A DNA stretch of 62,387 bases, counting the filler, from Rhabdomonas costata (lineage: Eukaryota): assembly GCA_019059605.1 (NCBI GenBank). It is 27 parts of 27 records of this genome, joined end to end, with 100 filler letters (N's around TTAATTAATTAA, not from the genome) between each part and the next. Parts side by side here need not be neighbours in the genome. Positions count along the whole stretch, not along the records: positions 11,593 to 13,807 come from JAHMHO010004794.1; positions 13,908 to 16,121 come from JAHMHO010004795.1; positions 16,222 to 18,436 come from JAHMHO010004796.1; positions 18,537 to 20,751 come from JAHMHO010004797.1; positions 20,852 to 23,066 come from JAHMHO010004798.1; positions 23,167 to 25,381 come from JAHMHO010004799.1; 21 more parts are not named here. The stretch is one strand, 5' to 3'. Made by a program: the position numbers and the translations under genes. Below the pieces are notes generated by a model that saw nothing but the letters and a program-made list of their open reading frames with translations, was not told the origin of the DNA and searched no databases. This document shows positions 12,553 to 24,380 of the stretch, one piece after another. Within the stretch, counting starts at the first letter, position 1; each line of letters starts with the position of its first letter.

Positions 12553-13509
12553 GGAGTGAAGGAATGGAGGGCCGGCTCACCTTGCCCACTCTGACCCAAC
12601 GGGGCCGCAGCAGCACCATGCGGTTCGCCAGTCCCACCACCATGGTAACCACCCCAGGCAGGGCAGGCCTCACGCTGAGGTTCCACGACGTCGAGGGCGT
12701 CACCTGCCAGGTTCTGGCGCTTTGCTTCGAAGGTCGAGGGGGGGTAGGGGGCCCTTTGGGAAGACAACCGTCGTGCCCCGGCAGTCTCTTCCTGCCCCCG
12801 CCAAGAGTGCTCCGATGGGGTCGAACATAAATTGTACTCAGCGCGACCACACACGCCAACCAGTTGAGTGAATTCGTGAATTCTGAGGGTTGGGCCCTGA
12901 TGATAAGATGCATCTGGTGTATGCCTTGGTGTAAAGGGGTGTGCGTGCTGATGAGGCATTATAAGCGGAGCATTGGGCTTCCTTGTTGTGTCTTTGAGTT
13001 GAAATGGGTGGAGAAAGAATGCAGGTCTACCGAAAGGTGGCAGCTTTCTGGGGCTGAGAGATGCTCTCTGTTTTATGAGAGAAAACGGCTCACTGCTTCT
13101 CTGCAATGCTACTGAGGCAGGCATGTCAATGCAATCATCGGTGTAGTTTGCAGTCGGGTTGTGCCACTTTCTTAAGTGGAGATGGATGGTGATCGAATGG
13201 TCTGCCCTTCTCTGCCCTTTCCTGAAATTCCCCTTCTCTCTGGGTACTGCAGCCCCGGACCGGGCATGGGCCCAGCCTGCACCTCGTGTACGGGGCCGAG
13301 GGGGCAAGCTGCCGGCCACCCCAACGGTGGTGTGGCGCAACGCCCACGCAGGGCAGGCCGTGGTGGTGGGCCGCGCGTCCTTTGGCTCCGACATCGTCGT
13401 CCAAGGGGCGGACCAGCTCAGCGGAAACCACTGCAGCCTGGTGTGCACCGAGGAGGGCTTCGAGGTGACCGACCTTGGCAGCACTAACGGCACCTCCTTC
13501 TTGCGCCAG
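12553..13509 (+). CDS. FHA-domain protein fragment
   Basis: Exon ~13309-13509 VVVGRASFGSDIVVQGADQLSGNHCSLVCTEEGFEVTDLGSTNGTSF has the GR, SxxH and DxxSTNGT motifs; a probable upstream exon ends at 12710 (cag|gt). Confidence 0.85.
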
Positions 13510-13907
13510 GTCACACCCACCCCGAACTTGCTGATGTGTGCGCTGCTACAGTCCCCAAAAAATCGATACGGGTACGACGCAGGCGTCGGCAGTCAAACCT
13601 TTCATTCTCCCTTGTTTGCTTTTTTGAAAACGCCCCAAATGGGCTCTTGCAATGCCTGTAGAGCTTCTTCGAGCTGAAGCATTCCGGCCCACTCCGCTGC
13701 ATGTGAGGTACTCCTGGTCACCCTTGGGTAGCAGCTAGGCTGAAGCGTTGTTCCCATGTTGAGAACGGTGATAAGAAGAACTGTCTGTAACTTTTTCGCG
13801 ATTCAGGNNNNNNNNNNNNNNNNNNNNNNNNNNNNNNNNNNNNNNNNNNNNTTAATTAATTAANNNNNNNNNNNNNNNNNNNNNNNNNNNNNNNNNNNNN
13901 NNNNNNN

Positions 13908-15596
13908 GGTTGGTGGCGTCGCAGTACTGCCACACCACCATGCTGAAGCCCCGGAAGGCGGGGGTCTGTCGAAGGGAGAGCGGCACTGAACGGACCGATA
14001 TGTAAGGAAGGGGCAATGCTCCTCCAAAGAGGAAAGCGATGAATAAAAATGCGAAAAAGAAAAAATAAACGCAGAAAGACGAGGCGAGGTTTCGGAATGA
14101 TCGCAGGGGAAGCAGCCTAAACACTTCCTCCCGCCCCATTTCCACCCTACCTTGGTGAGTTGGGTTTGAGTTGAGTTTTTGAGACCATAAATGAGCAACC
14201 ACAATCAAAATAAGCTAAAAATGTAGTGATAATGGAGGCATTTTGACCCCATATATAACAAAATAAGGAAACACGTTGAAAGCACAAACGCAGAAGCATA
14301 AACAGCTCGGCCATGACAGCCATACAAAGGCAATTGCACTGGCGATCACACTGGCACCTTAAAGATTCCACCAAACTTGGGAAAAGTCTCCGTATGGGGC
14401 CAGTCCTTGCTGCTGCCCAAGGTGCTGTGAAAGCGCAGCCCGAGAGAGAGAGAGCCAGAGAGTCTTTGCAAAACGTGAAGATCCGAATAACATGAATCTA
14501 AAAACCAAATTTGCGCAAGTGCGAAACCGCATATTTGTGCACATACACAAGCGCGCGTGCTGATGTGCATACCTCAGCTTGGCACCCGGCCTTCGGTTGG
14601 AGCATGGTCCTGGGTGGTGGCACCAGCCTCCCCCAGCAAAGAACAGCAGCCATTTCCGAGGCTAAGCAAAGCAAGGCACGCATTGATGATGCGCCAACGC
14701 ATCCGAACGGTGTGTGCGTCGGTGCTGTAAGGTGGTCCGCTTGCACAGATGAGAAAGGAAACTCTCCACCCAATTTCCCAGCCTCATCTCAGTACAGAAA
14801 GCGCGCGCAAACACACACTACGAGCACAAGGCATTGATGTGGTGGATATACTTCACTTTTTTATTTCTGTCTGAGGCCTGTCGAATTGTGGTGACACACA
14901 CACACAACTTGTCACGACTTCCGACAAAAAATCCAAACCTGAGAGCCACGGCGCACGTATAATCCACCGGGAGAGCCGTCCAAACAAACTGCTCCGGAGT
15001 TGGTGGGAATGTGGAAGAGCTTCCACCTGTGCTGTCCCCGGCCTGCGAGCAAAATGGCATGTGACAGCTGGGGGTGGGGGATCACGTCAGAGGAAACAGG
15101 AAGCAGCTGTGATTGATCTTGAGCCAGGGCAGATCGTTGTTGGCGACGGATCTACTGCAACCAACTTCTGGGGACTGAATACTCTCGGTGCCTACTTCCC
15201 GCTTCAAACACGGCTCTTTCCCTATCTGACATGAAGCACGGCCACGCCCATGTACGATCTCAGTGAGAACTGCTTGGGTGTCATGTCACCCAGCAAAATA
15301 ATGCAAATATCCCCCCCCGCACACACTCACACTTCCAGGATGTATAGATGAGAAGGACTTTCGGACCACAAACCAGTCAAGGGTGCTGGGCTGACATCAG
15401 GGGAGATGGGCGTAGGTGGAGGCGAAGGTGGAGACTGCTCGCCGGGCAGCGGCGGTAAATGAGGCAGAACAGGCGGGGGCCTGACCGCCAGCTCCACAGG
15501 GTGTTCACGCTGCCTCAGAGGCGTCAAAAGGCACATCACCAAAACTGCCCCCAAAACCCACAGCACGCTCTTCTCGCCGCGAAGGGGCCAGATCAT
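13908..15596 (-). CDS. Pectinacetylesterase/Notum-family carboxylesterase, 5' part, with N-terminal anchor and Pro-rich stem
   Basis: Exons give MIWPLRGEKSVLWVLGAVLVMCLL (TM), GAVCLDGSPGGLYVRRGSQ (~14941-15042), PRKWLLFFAGGGWCHH (~14573-14661), TLGSSKDWP...FGGIFK (~14358-14424) and FRGFSMVVWQYCDAT (~13912-13965). Confidence 0.88.
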
Positions 15597-16295
15597 TGCT
15601 GTGGGACTGCAAAGGAAGGCACTGCCAGTTGTGCCGCAAAGCGTGCATAAAAAGGGGGAGGGGATGAATCCGGCAGAAGGGCTGGAGAAATAAGAGAGAT
15701 GGAAAAGTTCGACAGATAATACAAAGCCACCACAAGCTGTGTACGTTGCCAGTGGGGACACAAACACAATGTCCCACACGTCACTATCCCTCGCTACATA
15801 TTGAGAGCTGCCCGAAATCAAATTCAAAACAAACCAAATACCAAAAACAAGGACAGGTTAAAAGAGAAAACCCTGCGCCGCGGACAACACTTTCTTCCTC
15901 AATTCCACTGCGTCCCTGAAAGTTTTACAATTCCATGGAATCAAAAAAGGCTCCAGTGAACACCAACACCAGCAACAGATAGCTGCCATGTCACATTCGA
16001 TGTTTCAGTGGGCTCCATTGCCGATACATCCACACACACGTCGTCGTCGGCCACTCACCGCAATGACAGCTCAGCCAGCTCAGCCAGTTGCCAACTTCAG
16101 TCCGATAGCGGACGTCAACCCNNNNNNNNNNNNNNNNNNNNNNNNNNNNNNNNNNNNNNNNNNNNTTAATTAATTAANNNNNNNNNNNNNNNNNNNNNNN
16201 NNNNNNNNNNNNNNNNNNNNNCCCTCACACACGGGCCTCTCTCAAGCAGAAATCTAAACTCCGATAGAGAGAGAGAAGGGGGGAGGGGTTGGTGG

Positions 16296-17345
16296 ACCTG
16301 CTCGAAGATGTCGCGGCGGGTGGGAGAGCTGGCCTTCTGCAGCAGCTCCTCCACTGCCGCGGGGGTGGCCCCTCCTCCGGAGGGAAACAGGCGGGACTCG
16401 GTGCGCGTCAGAAGGGCCTGCAGAGGGTCCTCCTTTGCACAGACACATCCATGGGGCATGCCATTTGCAGCGGTCATCTCCGGAAGCCCGAGCCCTACTC
16501 CACCATTGCGACATATCGACCCACGACCGCGTGGTAAAGTACTAGCACTTGAAGGAGATGTGTTCTTCAGCAGGGGAGATTCCGGTCTGCTCCCTTCCCT
16601 GTTCTGACATATGCCATTCCAAGAGACAGAAAACAACGGGGGCAATTCTCAAGCGCAAGAGAAGAGCCCCCGTTGAGAAGAAGAGCAAAAAGCCAAAAAA
16701 CAGAGGGGCGAGAAGGGAGAGCCCTGTCGCATACCTTGGAAAGAGGCGTGGTGGGGCCGGGGGGCTTCTCAGCATTCTCAGCTCGGGCCGCACTGAAAAA
16801 GGACAAAAGTCAAGCTGAAAGGAGGCATGCACCCCTCCTCACCCTTTTCACAGACCAAAGTAACATGCAGAGACCAATTGGTCACTTCCAACCACGTCCA
16901 AAATAGGCACAAAAAAGGGGGACAATAAGCATCAAATAAACTGCAAGAACAAAATTGATTTCAAAACCGTCATGACTGAGGAGGAACCTCAGGTATAACT
17001 CCCACCCGGTTTAACCTCTGTCATGGACGGCTTTGCCCGACGAATCTTAAATCACGGGTCATTTGTTAAAATCGGCTCCCATGGGCTTCTGCCCATTACG
17101 TCTACAGATTGATCGCTCAACCACGCACTGCGTTTCCGCCCAAAATGGACTGTTCCCGGGATGAAGGCTCTGACCTGTGTGTATGTGGAGGGGGGGTGCT
17201 GTCAGGAGTCCTTTCGGTTTCTTCCTGCCGAGGATCGGCTGCTGGCCTCCGCCTCGCAGGACCACCGTATTCGCCTGTGGAGGCTGCGCTGCGTACCACG
17301 GCACGTCCCCCCTCCTCCTCCTCACACTTGTTGATCATCAGCACT
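16296..17345 (-). CDS. Hypothetical protein exons
   Basis: GC-rich segments bounded by splice-like sites (EDPLQALLTRTESRLF...RRDIFEQ|gt); no recognisable family. Confidence 0.35.
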
Positions 17346-18769
17346 GCTTCCCTTCACTTGTCAGACAATTCCCTCTCTAGGACTTTGACGTTGCGTATAC
17401 CAGCACAAGATGACACAATCCTGCACCGAATCGGACGTTCTTGTATTAAGTAACGTTTCCTCCGTGGATGAGCAGCCAGCGGACCTCAGTTTTTTTGAGA
17501 AGACTCGAAGAGGGTAGAGGAGGAGCGCGAGGAGGGCCGCATGACGATATGGGATGTGGGCAAAAAACAATCGAGCTGAAATGGCTGGTAAGGCCAACAT
17601 CAAGGAACGGAGAGAGCAGGTAGGATGATTAAGGAAAACCGAGCGGAAATGCGGCCGGGAGTGTGGAAGTGGGTGTGTCAGTGTGCCTGCGGATATAGGC
17701 TTCGGTGAGTGCATTTGGAGAACTCGTGCGGAGCGAATGGGCAAAGAAAAGCTCAGGAGCATTGAAGACGATTGAAGACGCAGGATGTACCTACAACAAA
17801 GCCGGCAGAAATGTACTGTATGATCTAACGGGATGGGGAGGGATTGAACCCCGTTGTGATTTTTTTATGGCTCAGACATGCTGCCACTTCCGAGGAGGAG
17901 GGCTTTCTCGCCGCGGAAACCTCAGCTGGCACCTCGTGCGAGAACTCCGTGCGATCACTTCGAATTGGGGAGAACACCTGGGTCTTGTCCCTTGCCAGGT
18001 TGGACAACCAAGAGGGCGAGGGGGGGGGTCTCGTGGTCTTGTGCATGTGGATGTTTTCTTGGTGGCATATGCCCAAACATTGATGGGACCTCCCCCGCTG
18101 AACGGAAAGTATGCCCAAAAAAATCCACAACGGCGGCTTGTACGGAAACAGAACAAAAGCCTCCTGCAAAACCACCCCAGGCAAAAGACACGGCGCTCAG
18201 AAGAGTTTGACAATCATCGTCGCCTCCTCAAGGGCTAAGTGGGTCATCAGCGCCCCAGCACCTCGGAAGACCCTCTTGTCCCGGAGCGATAAAACGTTAG
18301 AACAGTATTGGAATCTCCGAGGCAGTGCAGTTTTACGACCATTTCCTGACTTCAAGAGGCTGCGGTCTACGTTTCTTTCTGCTTTCTGCTTTTCGAGTAT
18401 CTTGGATTTGTGCGCGGCAGTGTCTTTTTTGGCTGCNNNNNNNNNNNNNNNNNNNNNNNNNNNNNNNNNNNNNNNNNNNNTTAATTAATTAANNNNNNNN
18501 NNNNNNNNNNNNNNNNNNNNNNNNNNNNNNNNNNNNTGGGGTCTCAGCAGGCGTCGCAAAGCCGGTGAGGCGCCAGCTGGGGGGATAGTCCCGCCCGCGC
18601 GTAGACCAGGATGTACAGTGTTCCGCCGACGCCAACACTTTTCAAGATTCAAAAGAGAAAGGTACCTAGAAAAATCCATTAGATGGTAGTTTTCATTGTT
18701 TTCTGCCGAATTGGTGTGTCTTTTTTCCGGCAGCTTTCTTCTGGTGTGGGGCAACGGTCTAAAGACAAA

Positions 18770-18988
18770 ATGACGAGTGCTCAGCTTCGCAGTGTATCGG
18801 CGGCTGTGGACATGCTGGAGGCCCTAGAGCAAATTTCCTCCTCCCTGAAGCTTTCTTTGGACAAGCCAAGCCTTGCTTTGATTGTAGACCTTCTTCAGAG
18901 TGGTGTCAACCCAACAGCTCTTGGCCAGGTAGCGGCAGAGATTCTGAAGGTTGCCGCTTCTGCCCCTGCTGTTCAGGAAAATTCCTGA
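18770..18988 (+). CDS. MZT1: Mitotic-spindle organizing protein 1 (Mozart1), complete, intronless, 72 aa
   Basis: MLEALEQISSSLKLSLDKPSLALIVDLLQSGVNPTALGQVAAEILK fits the MZT1 pattern (IS..L...LD...L......GvNPxAL..V..E); the ATG at 18770 follows a pyrimidine tract and AG. Confidence 0.9.
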   Translation: MTSAQLRSVSAAVDMLEALEQISSSLKLSLDKPSLALIVDLLQSGVNPTALGQVAAEILKVAASAPAVQENS

Positions 18989-20511
18989 ACTGTGTAAATA
19001 ACAATGACCATGTGCTCTTGTTGGTTTTCCAGCCTGTGCTTGCGAGGAAGAGGAAACTTCCCATTACCATTTACCGTATGTTTCTTCTTTCCGTGTTTGA
19101 ATAGTAGCCCGGGGGTCGGACATACCCCCAAAAAATAGCTGGGTAACTTAAGGAACATTTACGGTAGCTCTCCTGACTTCAAAGCGAATTGGAATTTGCC
19201 AGTCTGAATTTGGGTTTAAGGTTGTGAGGTTTATAGACCTTTGACCGGCAGGTCTTGGGACAGAAATAACAACCGTAACTCTGGAGGTGCTTCGGCGACG
19301 CGCGTAAGCCGGTTGAGTCCCTGGGTTTTCAACGAAGTATTTATTCTGACCAGCGGGTCGTTCAGGAAGTCCTGCCAACAAACGGGAATTAGTTCCGCAG
19401 TCAACGGAGCTGCAAACAATTTTGGGTGCTTTTTCGACCCTAATTGCCCCTTTGAGCTGTTAAAACCTGCTCTAAAGCCCGTAAAAAGGGCGTTTTTGAT
19501 TCCGAGGTAATTAGAGCGGTGCCAAAACCTCAGATTGCCCCCAGGACGTTGGAAGTTGTTAATGATGTCTTCCAGTGAAAGCAGTGCCCTAAGCGCAACG
19601 TTGCGGCGAAACGCTTGGTTTCGGGATCCCTTAGCGCCAACCCCCCACCTCACTTGTGAGTAAACTGTCGCTATGGCTGCATCGGCTGTTTGTAGTGTTT
19701 TTCTGTTCACTTTCTGTTTACTTTCCAATAATAATTAACGGGAAATGCGTTGTTCAATGCATCCTCCGTTGCTGACTGAGTGCAAAGAGTGCTGTGGCAT
19801 CAACAAGCCCATCGTTGTAGGTCCCTGCTCGTGACATGTGCATTGACTTTATTCTTTGAAACACCATTTGAGGCCTTTCGGTTATCTGTTCTTGCATTTG
19901 GAGAATTGCTTAGAGGGCTTCTGGTTGATGGTGTGAGGACAGGAAGCCAGCGAAGACAAGGAAACAAGAGCATTAAGTTCTGGAATAATCTGGAATGACC
20001 TGACGCTGTTCGTTTGCTTGCTTGAGAACTTCTGACATCTGTCTCTCAGATGGGCTTGCTGTGGAGTTTCCTTTCACCCCGTACGCGTCCCAAGTGGAAG
20101 TCATGGAAATGTGTGCCTCTCCCTCCGCCATCCCTTCCACCCGTAATTCTAAGCGAACACAAATTTTCTGAAAACTGCATTACGCAGTAATTCGTGTCAT
20201 GAGAAGCTTAGGAATGCCATTGGAAGCATGTTGTGTTGCTCGCCTGAAACTCAGCGGAGCCGGTCTTATTGGATTTTTTTGGCCTGCTTTCTTTTTCTTT
20301 TTGCCTTTTTCAACAAATGATGTGGTGTGTGTGCATGGTGTTTGAAGATTTGGGGAGAAAACAATGGTGGGGCAACGAATTCGAAATGATGGGGCTAGGA
20401 GGACATTCCAGGCTTCACTGATTGAATTCAACAACTTATTCTCTTCTCCATCTATTTCATCCACTCCTTCGATTCTGTCTGGATTCCGGATTCTGTTTGG
20501 ATTCTGGTTGA

Positions 20512-20741
20512 GATTTCTGCAGACACCCTTCCATTGCGTAGCGCTCTCCCCCGGTAGTCTTTTCTTTATGATGACTCATGACGTGTTCGAAGTTTCGCCC
20601 ACTGAAATGGTTCATTCACACTCCGAAAGATCCTTTCCACATCCCTTGGTCAGGGCGAAACTTCGAACACATCAGGAGTCATCATAAAGAAAAGACTACC
20701 GGGGGAGAGCGCTACGCAATGGAAGGGTGTCTGCAGAAATC
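20512..20741. repeat. Long inverted repeat (89-bp arms, 2 mismatches, 52-nt loop)
   Basis: 20512-20600 is the reverse complement of 20653-20741. Confidence 0.92.
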
Positions 20742-20989
20742 CCAATCAAACNNNNNNNNNNNNNNNNNNNNNNNNNNNNNNNNNNNNNNNNNNNNTTAAT
20801 TAATTAANNNNNNNNNNNNNNNNNNNNNNNNNNNNNNNNNNNNNNNNNNNNGTGTGGGGTGCTGGCAGACCCCGAGCTGTGAGTCCCTCCATCACCCCGC
20901 CCCCGAATGAAAGATGAAGGGCGGCAGCTGCGGGAGACTGTGTCGGCAGCGTTCGAGCAGGATGGGTTAACATGACAGCGACTTTGATG

Positions 20990-21150
20990 GAAGACTGATT
21001 TGCGACACGCCAAATGCGGCGAAGAATCCCAAGCGCGCATTGCTGAGCTTCGGGGCCCCAGGCGTCGGAAGTCTCCACTGCCACTGCCGTAAGGTTCTAC
21101 CGGTGCTTCGCAGGTGCGCTGCCTCGGAGTGATACTTGGCCGATTCTCGT
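20990..21150 (-). mobile_element. Degenerate C-terminus of an RLE-type (CRE/NeSL-like) non-LTR retrotransposon
   Basis: AKYHSE...(frameshift)...NLTAVAVETSDAWGPEAQQCALGILRRI resembles the KY...AVETxGxWG endonuclease tail. Confidence 0.6.
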
Positions 21151-23166
21151 TAGCGCCAAAAAGTTCCTTCCAAGCCTGTGTCAAGGTTAAAGGTATACTA
21201 GGGTGGCTGTAAACAGACGCGTTCCGGCGGCGCCAGCAGTGAGTTTTTGAGCACTGGGTGACGGTCGATGACGGTTGATGGAGTTTCGGGATGTGGACAC
21301 GTGGAGTTTAGCCAGAAAAGCTCCTCGGAAATGGGCGTGTCACTTTTTTCGGCCTCAAGGGGCCCTGAGCTCGTCGGGCTGTGAATTGGGCCTCAGTTGG
21401 GGCCAACTGAAAAGAATAAATGTCCCAATGTTCCCCAAAACACAGCACCCTCAAAGATAAATGTAGCAACTTTCGTAATGGGGCACCCCGGCTTCAAGTC
21501 AATGGACACAAAAGGGGAATCGAACAAAAAGGCCGGGGGGAACTCGTGTGTGACCAAGGCGGATGTCAGCCAGCGAATGCCGGGAGGTTTGGGGGATTGG
21601 CACTTTTAATCTTTTCAGTCCCAACAGAGGCCCAAACCCAGAGCCCGACAAGCTCAGGCCCCCCCAAGCCTCCCTCCCCCCCTGAGCCTTGCTGGAGAAT
21701 CGGGTGCCCAAGTCGCGCCACAACCCATCCCGAGATGCAATGCGGGCTTCACCTGCCTCCACTGAGGGCAAATGATACCGCCGGCTCGTTCGATGACGGC
21801 GCCAGCGTGAACCCGTGGAACCACCCCCTTGCATGTCGTGTTGTGTGCTTGGGTCCTTGTGGCTTGGACGGCAACTTCCCTCCCAGCCTCTTCCCTCCAA
21901 CGTCCAAGCCTTGATATCAGGCTACCCCTGACTGTGTGGAAAGAAGGGTCATCAAAGGTCTCTCTTTTGCTCGAAAAACAGGGACCAGGCGCTCACCAAA
22001 AGCTGCACACCTACATGTGGCATCGCGCTTGGTTACCCAGTGAAGCTCCAACGTTCACATCCCCCGACCGTGGAGCGAGAAACCCTTGTCGGGTTACCCG
22101 CTCTTTTCACCCTCTCGAATCACCGCCCGTCTCCTTCCCTTCCAACTCGGGATCTCCCCTTTCACGCTGCCTCTTTCCTCCTGGACCACATGCGGCCTCC
22201 CCATCTTGGAGTTGACGATGGCTCAACTTCTAGCACATCCATCGGACCTCCTCTCCACCTTACAACGGAACCTCGGCCCTCAGTCTGAGGCTGGAGATCT
22301 CTCCTTGAATACTTAAACCCCACCACCTGTAAACTACAATAAACTACATTTATGCGAATCATATGATCACAGAAAGATTGTAACGTAGAAAGATTGATAA
22401 TCCCGCCAAGCTTCAGAGGTAAAGCAGTCTGAACAAACCATTTCCCCTTTCATTCCATGCGTGGGAAGAAATTGACGATGTGCTCAAACTCTCTTCGGAA
22501 ACCCGCTTTGCAAACATCTGTAATCACGCACGATATCCTTCGAATCCTAGCAAACAGAAAATGCTGTGTAACAATATGAATTCCATCATTGAGAGGATAA
22601 GTCATTGTCAAAAAATTCCCCCAGTTTTGGGTTCCATTTTAAAACTATTGGAACGACCTGTTCAATCCAGAAAGAAGTAGCCTGAAATTGAGGTTGAAGC
22701 GCTCGTGTATAATGAGACGTGCGGATCTAAGTTTCTTCTTTGAAGAGTCTTCTTAGAAGTTGACCGACCCAGCTGGGGGTATAACTAGTTCTTTGACGAT
22801 CATCTGTGCTGCACCGTTTAATTAGCTGTCGAGATCCTCTCCGTCGGTTTCCCATAGCTGTTCTGTCGCATTGCTCGATTTAGCTTCAAACCCCCCAGTG
22901 TGTTACCCCTCTGCTGAAGAGAAGTCTTTCAACGGTCAACTCTCTAACAACTGCAACTGTACTTCATGGCTGCCCCGCTTGCTTCAGCGAAAAGCTCTTT
23001 AGGGCATTGGCAACCTCCTGAGCCCACTGTTAGCGGTTACCCATGTCCCACACCCCTCTTCCCTATNNNNNNNNNNNNNNNNNNNNNNNNNNNNNNNNNN
23101 NNNNNNNNNNTTAATTAATTAANNNNNNNNNNNNNNNNNNNNNNNNNNNNNNNNNNNNNNNNNNNN

Positions 23167-24380
23167 GTTTTGGTGGTGACCGTTAGGGTGCCGCGAAGGG
23201 TGGGGCAGTCCAGCGAGCCCCTCTTGTTGATGATCTCCAGGGCAACTCCATGCACCTCGTAGGAGGTCTCCAAGGGGGACGTCCCAGGTGCGAACGTGAT
23301 GTACTTGCCATAGTCATCTCCTCCCCCGCAGATGTACGTCGTGGTGGCCACCGTGTAAACCCTGTTCACAAAGGAGAGGAATGGGACTGCTGTACGAGCT
23401 GGAGGCCCCCGCCAGAACAACGTAAAAAGAGTTGCTGGTACACCATACGAGGGCCACCGACCGGATACCGAGCCAGCAGTTTCTCTTATCAGGAAAAAAT
23501 GTGTATGCCCAAGAAACAAGGGACAGAAGCGATACGTTGCCATAAAAGAAATACAAAGCCTGCCAAGTACGTGTCTGAGTTCGGTGTTAAAAGCGTTGTG
23601 CTCAGGGGGACAACTGATTCCTCGTAGTTCTAATTCTGTCTTGGGCCCAGCCAAAGGGCCGGGGACAGAAACTGGTTGCATGAGGCTCTGCTACAGTGTT
23701 GTCATGTGCAGGTTTGTTTCAACTTAAGTCGTCCCCTTTTGCTTTTGTTTCCAACCACCACCACAGAAAAATAAAGATCTTTCGCCGAATTTTTAAACGG
23801 GAATCCAGTACTTCCCTTTATGCTTGCTGTGCTGGGGTTCCTTCCAAATGACCCTATCTTCATTCCTTTACCATTGTAAGCGCCATTCATTTCGATTCAA
23901 ACCCATCACGATCAGCGGTACTGAATCACACTGCTCTACTCACCCTGCAAAGGGGTGGAAGATGCCCCTCCCTCGCAACCCTCTCCCGAGGGCAAACCCC
24001 ACTTCCCGATATGTGAGCGCCGGTGTATGCGCTGGCACACCAGGTAAACCAATTGTGTAGGTTTCCTCGCGTTTCATTAAGCTTATCCGATTCAAAGGAC
24101 GGACCGGCATAGGTGTACGCTCGAAATCATCGGGGCTCGGAAGCGCAGCAAAGACCTTTGGCCGCGAGACACAGTTTAGGCGTCAGGCACGAGAAAAAGC
24201 TGAAAAAGAAGTCCCAGGGGCTCACCTCGCCCGCTTCAAAGGGCCCCAGGTGCCGGTGTTCTTGTCGTAGACCTCGATGGCGGTGACCCGCGTCCCGTTG
24301 AGCTGAGGGTTGTACGTCACCCGGAGGTTGTACAGCTGCGCGAAGGGCCCGGTGTTGCGCAGATAGCTGATGGTTGGAGC
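23167..24380 (-). CDS. 5'-nucleotidase C-terminal-domain protein, two exons (24226-24380, 23167-23361)
   Basis: GPFAQLYNLRVTYNPQLNGTRVTAIEVYDKNTGTWGPLKRAR | VYTVATTTYICGGGDDY matches the FxQ..lr.tYdp...rv..i.v / YtVAT..yl..GGDgY pattern; phase-2 GT-AG intron. Confidence 0.85.

Noticed and set aside
12510..13520. 336-aa minus-strand ORF
   Set aside because: Antisense shadow of the FHA gene exons and intron.
19231..19728. 165-aa minus-strand ORF downstream of MZT1
   Set aside because: No motif, non-ATG start and no clear splice structure.
21923..21970. Zinc-knuckle-like LCGKKGHQRSLFC
   Set aside because: First Cys is missing, there is an adjacent stop and the spacing is wrong; at best a decayed gag remnant.
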